A program made the position numbers and the translations under genes. This document shows positions 58,812-64,000 of a stretch of DNA of 64,000 nucleotides, in pieces. How positions within the stretch are numbered: the stretch's first letter is position 1; every line of letters begins with the position of its first letter. Source of the DNA: Owenia fusiformis (lineage: Eukaryota); the NCBI GenBank assembly GCA_903813345.2, contig CAIIXF020000001.1, forward strand, positions 310,001 to 374,000. Direction: 5' to 3'. The notes under the pieces are model-generated. The model made no database searches, was not told the DNA's origin, and worked only from the letters and a program-made list of their open reading frames with translations.

Positions 58812-59390
58812 TCCGACCGTTCATTCGTGCGTGCATTCGACCGACCGTTCGTTCGTGCGTGCGTTCGTCCGACGGTCCGTTCGTTCATGCGTACGTTCAT
58901 CCGACAGATTGATCGTTCGTGCGTGCGTGCATCGCCCAATCATGCGTTCGTGGCAGCGTTCGTCCGACCCTCCATTCGTTCGTTCGTGCGTGCATCCGTG
59001 AGATTGTCCGTCCGTTTGTGTGCGCATGCGTTCGTCTGACCGTCCGTTTGTGCTTGCTTTCGTCTGACTGCCCTTTCGTTCGTGGGTTCGTCCGTCTAGC
59101 CGTCCGTTCCTCCGTGCGTGCTTTCGTTCAACCGTCCATTCATGCGTGCGTTCGTCTGTTCGTTCTTTTTGCGTTCGTTTGTGTGTTCGTTCGTTCGTGC
59201 GTTCATTCGTGCGTTCGTTTGTAACTACGTTCTTGCGTGCGTGGGTTCGATCTTTTGTAAATTGTTTTCTTCTATCTTTCCTTCATGCGTTCTTTTGGCC
59301 GCCTATCCATCCGTTTGTTCATTCATTTTTTTTCGGCTGTTCTTCTGTCCATCCTTGCGTTCTTTCCTCGTTCGTTTGTTCGTTTGCAGG
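58812..59390. repeat. Degenerate (TCGT/GCGT)n microsatellite
   Basis: Tetranucleotide periodicity. Confidence 0.9.
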
Positions 59391-59439
59391 TTTTCATCAA
59401 AATTTGTCTTTCCACTGCCATATGAAAGAATGTAAATAA

Positions 59440-61436
59440 TCAAGAAAGCAAGCAAGGATGTGAGGAAGTAAACAAGCAACGAAGTAAGTAATTGAGTTAG
59501 CAAGCAAGTAAAGAAGGGATGGAGGAAGTAAATCGAAGAAGTGAAGGTGGGAGTAATATAAGTAAGCAAGGTAGGAAAAAAAGGAAGGAAGGAGGGAAGG
59601 AAAGAAGCAATGAAGCAAGGAAGGAAGGAAGAAAGGAAGGAAGTGAGGAAGAAATTTGTGAAGGAAGCGAGGAAGCAAAGAAGGGGGAAAGAAGGAAAAA
59701 AGCAAGGAAGGAAAGAGGGAAACGAGGAAAGAAGGAAGCGAGGAAGCAAGGTAGGAAGTGAGGAAGGAAAGATTCCGAGGAAGGAAGGACGCAAGGAAGC
59801 AAAGAAGGAAGGAAGGAAGCAAGGAAACGAGAAAGCGAGGAGGGAAGAAAGTGAGGAAGCAAGGAAGGAAGGAACTGAGGAAGAAAGAAAGGACGGAAGC
59901 TAGGGAACAAGGAAGGAACGATGCGAGGAAGGAAGGAAGGAACTGAGGAAGCAAGGAAGGGAACGAGGAAGAAATGAAGCCAGGAAGCAAAGAAGGAAGG
60001 AAACGATGAATCAAGGAAGGAAGGAAGCAAGCAAAGACGCAAGAAAGGAAGGAAGGAAAAAAGCAGGGAAGGAAGTAAGTAAGGAAAGAAGGCGAGAAAG
60101 CAAGGAGGGAAGGAAGCAAGGAAGGAATGAAGCGACAAAAGAACAACGCGAGGAAAGAATGAAGGGAACGAGGAAGCAAGGAAGGAGGAAAGAAGGAAGT
60201 GAGGAAGGGAGGAAGCAAGGAATGAAGGAGGGAAGTGAGGAAGGAAGGAAGCGAGGAAGGAAGGAAGGAAGGAAGGAAAGAAGGAAGCGAGGAAGCCAGG
60301 AAGAAAGCAAGCGAGGAAGCATGGAAGGAAGGAATAAAGCAAGGAAGGAAGGAGGAAAGGAAGTGAGGACGAAATTTATGAAGAAAGCGAGGAAACAAAG
60401 GAGGAAAGAAGGGGGCGAGGAAGGAAAAAAGCATGGAAGGAAAGATGCGAGGAAGGAAGGAAGCGAGGAAGGAAGGAAGCGAGGAAGCAAGGTAGGAAGG
60501 AAGCGAGGAAGGAAAGATGCGAGGACGGGAGGAAGCGAGGAAGCAAGGAAGGAAGGAAGCAAGAAAAGAAGGGGCGAGGAAGGAAGGAATGAATGAAGCA
60601 AGGAGGGAAGGAAGGAAGTGATGAAAGAGAGAGGCGAGGAAGCAAGGAAGGAATGAAGCGAGGGAGGAAGGAAGCGAGGAAGCAAGATGGGAAGCAAGCG
60701 AGGAAGGAAAGATGCGAGGAAGGAAGGAAGCAAAGAAGGAAGGAAGCAAGAAAAGAAGAGGCGAGGAAGAAAGGAAGGTAGGAAGCGAGGAAGGAAAGAA
60801 GCAAGGAAGGAAGGAAGCGAGGAAGGAAAGAAGCGAGGAAGCAAGGAAGGAAGGAAGGAAGTCAGGAAGGAAGGAAGCGAGGAAGCAAGGAGGGAAAGAA
60901 GCAAGGAAGGGAGGAAGCAAGGAAAGGAGGAAGCAAGGAAGGAAGGATGCGAGGAAGGAAGTAAGCGAGGAAGCAATGAAGGAAGGAAGCAAGGAAGGAA
61001 GGAAGCGAGGAAGGAAGGATGCAACAAGCGAAGAAGGAAGGAAGTGAGGAAGCAAGGAAGGGAGGATGCAAGAAATAAAGGAAGGAAGCAAGGATGGAAG
61101 GAAGGAAGCGAGGAAGGAAGGATGCAAGAATGCGAGGAAGCAAGGAAGGGAGGAAGTGAGGAAGGAAGCGAGGAGGGAAGCAAGGAAGGAAGCAAGAAAT
61201 AAAGGAGGGAAGTGAAGAAGGAAGGAAGCAAGGAATGGAGGAAGCGAAGGAATGAAGTGAGGAAGCAAGGAAGGAATGAAGCAAGGAAGCAAAGAAGGAA
61301 GGAAGCGAGGAAGGAAGGAAGCAAGGATGGAAGGAAGCGAGGAAGGAAGGATGTGAGGAAGCGAGGAAGGAAGCAAGGAAGGAAGGAAGCGAAGAAGCAA
61401 GGAAGGGAGGAAGCGAGCAAGCAAGTAAGCAACAGG
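59440..61436. repeat. Degenerate (GGAA)n purine-rich low-complexity tract, ~2 kb
   Basis: GGAA/GCAA/GCGAGGAA motifs; explains the long low-complexity ORFs. Confidence 0.95.
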
Positions 61437-63600
61437 AGATTGATATAGGAATAATAATCATAAACATTATTCTGACTAAATCATTTTAGGTTGACCTAAA
61501 CGCACGCTTATACGTGTATCTTACTGAATATCGACTTGTACTCAAAGATGGAACAGAGGGTACAGTTGCAATACAGAGAATACAGAATATCTTATATTAC
61601 TTCAAATTATGAAAATGAGGTTAAATGTTTAACATTTCGTCCGATCTAATACTCATCACATTTCTCAGATGATCTTTCTTATTCTGTAAAATGGCATGGA
61701 AATATGATACTGCAGTTTTCCATAACAATGTATCATAATATGAACTATATTAAACAGTTGTGTTTGCTGTTATTGAGAATTGTATTGACAAATAATGTAT
61801 TCATCAAACTGGGTACAATAGTGGATCAAGGTGGGTACGAAAGTGGGAAATTTCCAGGGTATAATAGGATTCACTCCATTTTTGAGAGACACTTGCTCCT
61901 GTTTTCAGCGGGACCTCCTCATGTTTTCAGCGGGGCCTCCTCCTGATTTCAGCGGGATCTTTGCTTAATTGCTCCTGCTAGAAGCGGGGCCTTGAGGGAT
62001 ATGATCAAATTTAAATATAAAATGTTCTGTAAAGCTTTAGGAAGTGAAACTCGGTACATCTTTATTTCATATCACTATCGTTATTTCAACCACAGGACAA
62101 CATCGTTCTTCACCAATAACGTATAGAAATATATAGATAAAGATTCAAAAAGATACTTTCTCTCTTCAATTGACAAATAACGAACCACAGAACGACCGCT
62201 CGTGATACATTTTTTCCAGCAGTTGCTTTTTTAGTCTCAATACCATGTAATCATTGGGAAAAATTAAAAGAAAACGTTTTGCAAATCATACAATTCAAGA
62301 ACACAAAAAAGAACCCATGACTTATTTTTATTCCTCGCGATTTCAGCGGGAACTTGCTCGCGATTTTTAAATCATAGCGGGGCTTTAGATACTACCCGTG
62401 ATATCAGTACTCGTTCATGTTCAAGTTCTCACACAAGTGTTTTACACAGTCCGTAGCCAGCTTTTACCAAGGGGTAGGAGCAGTTTTACCAAGGGCAAAG
62501 CTTTTGCCTAGGGATGAACTTTTTGACAGTTTTGGCTAAAAAATCATGCTAAGTGCTCAGATTGGTGAGAAACTGCATCATTTTGAAAGAATCTCTTGGG
62601 GGAGCAGCAGCTCCCTTTATCTCTCCCTCTACCTGCCTACGAGCCTGTGTACTTAACCTCTCTAATGTTCATGATCAATACTAAATGTAAAATTTTCACA
62701 TTTTTCATATTTCTACTATTCATATTGACCAATCCCCATTCATGTCATTTTAACAGGTCCTCAATCCCTTGTTTTCTAGTCGTATGTGCTTTTATTATTC
62801 AGTTTCACAATCTATTGTTTTGCCATGCCAGTTTTACATGTTTGCATGCTGAGTTTGTTTTATGTAATGTTTTTTTTGTCCCTTATATGGTTTACACATT
62901 CACTCAGTTGAGTTGGGGTGTTGCCCAATTACTAGTTAATGTTGCCTAGAGTTTGTGACTGTACATACACAAAGTATTTCAAATAAATATTTTAGAAAAC
63001 ATTTTATATTTGATTCCCACCCAAGGGTCTTCAACTCACCCATTAACATAAACAAAACATGAACTCTAATAAAAATGCCAACAAGACTGCAAGGGAAACT
63101 TAATCTATGAATTGGACTTTGCCATATCACATGTATTAGTCCCACGACCAGGGAGGGGGAGGAGGGGGGTTGAGAGACGACCCTCTTCCCTAGGCACATT
63201 TTCTGTCAACATCCTGCAATTTTTCACCACTTTAGTACTTTTCAAGTGATGTTCGGATGATGCTTTCATTTAATTGCTTGCACTGATGGTTTCTCTTGAA
63301 AATTCATGCACATAAGGTGATCTTGTATTTCAACACAGGACCCTGAAAGCGCTATTTGAGCTTGAAGTAGAAGTATTCATAGTATTACCGTTTGTATTAT
63401 TAATCTCTATGATTTTTCAATAGGCTAACTCAGTCAGTGAATGCAGGATTAAAACACAACACACATGAGTAATTCACCCACCTATGCATGTTATTATTGA
63501 AAAACATTGCCATCTTTTACATCACTCCTAAATCATTTTTGTAAACATGCATTTTAAGAGGTTCATTTTTTCAAAAAAAAAACTCAAAAACAAACTTCAT

Positions 63601-63904
63601 GGAGTTCCTTACATATTTTACTTGAAGAAACATGTGTTCAAGTACAATGTAACTTTGCATGAAAAATTGTAAAAAAATGAGGGACGATGGTGAAAATGAC
63701 GAATGTATTTTGAAAAAGCTTGTTGATGGGTGGATTAAACATGGATTATAAGATAATCCAATTGATCTGGAAACTATTCTTTGAACTTTTCTTGAAGATT
63801 ATAGATTCGCCTTTCCCAAGCATTTACTTTTTACAGCCAGAAACTACTCACAAAAAAATTATCAACTGTCAAAATTATCAAAAGTCTGTTGCGATACTTT
63901 CCCT
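63601..63904. repeat. Inverted copy of 55067-55364
   Basis: Reverse-complement similarity over ~300 bp. Confidence 0.85.
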
Positions 63905-64000
63905 GCTCCTTTGGAAGATTTATTTTTTTCAAGAGAAAAGGACGGGTGTCATTAAGGGCCCTTTTCAGCCCCCAAAGATATCTGATAATAATGCATATCA

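Larger units (their letters stand above)
58025..62400. mobile_element. Transib-like non-autonomous element, 4.4 kb, carrying simple repeats
   Basis: ~65-bp TIR starting CACGGGT; 5-bp TSD ATATC; subterminal CCCCGCTGAAAA repeats (58433-58490, inverted at 61890-61960). Confidence 0.8.

Noticed and set aside
59303-61467. Long L/P/S/F-rich and R/K/E/G-rich ORFs (up to 675 aa)
   Set aside because: Translations of the GGAA/TTCC low-complexity tract, open in several frames at once
62447-62647. hAT-like MITE (CAGTCCGTAG...CTACGAGCCTG)
   Set aside because: TIRs are degenerate and I found no TSD, so it is not listed as a feature

Overview
AT-rich animal (probably invertebrate) genomic DNA, not prokaryotic. 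Most of the window (1466-53751, minus strand) holds 39 GT-AG coding exons of one large, probably secreted protein, about 2,800 aa by my hand splicing, and the gene runs off the left edge. It has a candidate signal peptide followed by a repeated module of CUB-CUB-(Sushi/CCP)x6, seen four full times plus the start of a fifth (10 CUB, 25 Sushi). The introns contain minisatellites (20, 49, 63, 73, 109, 112 and 154 bp units) and many transposons. These include an intact APE-RT LINE ORF whose empty site survives in a paralogous intron, a decayed Tc1/mariner, a 6.6 kb CACTA-like element and many MITEs. Upstream of the gene are two CAC...GTG elements with 5-bp TSDs (Transib-like), one with RSS-like ends. 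The most unusual pattern is that five intronic tandem repeats copy the adjacent splice junction, creating arrays of decoy acceptors or donors. All calls come from reading the sequence; no database searches were run.
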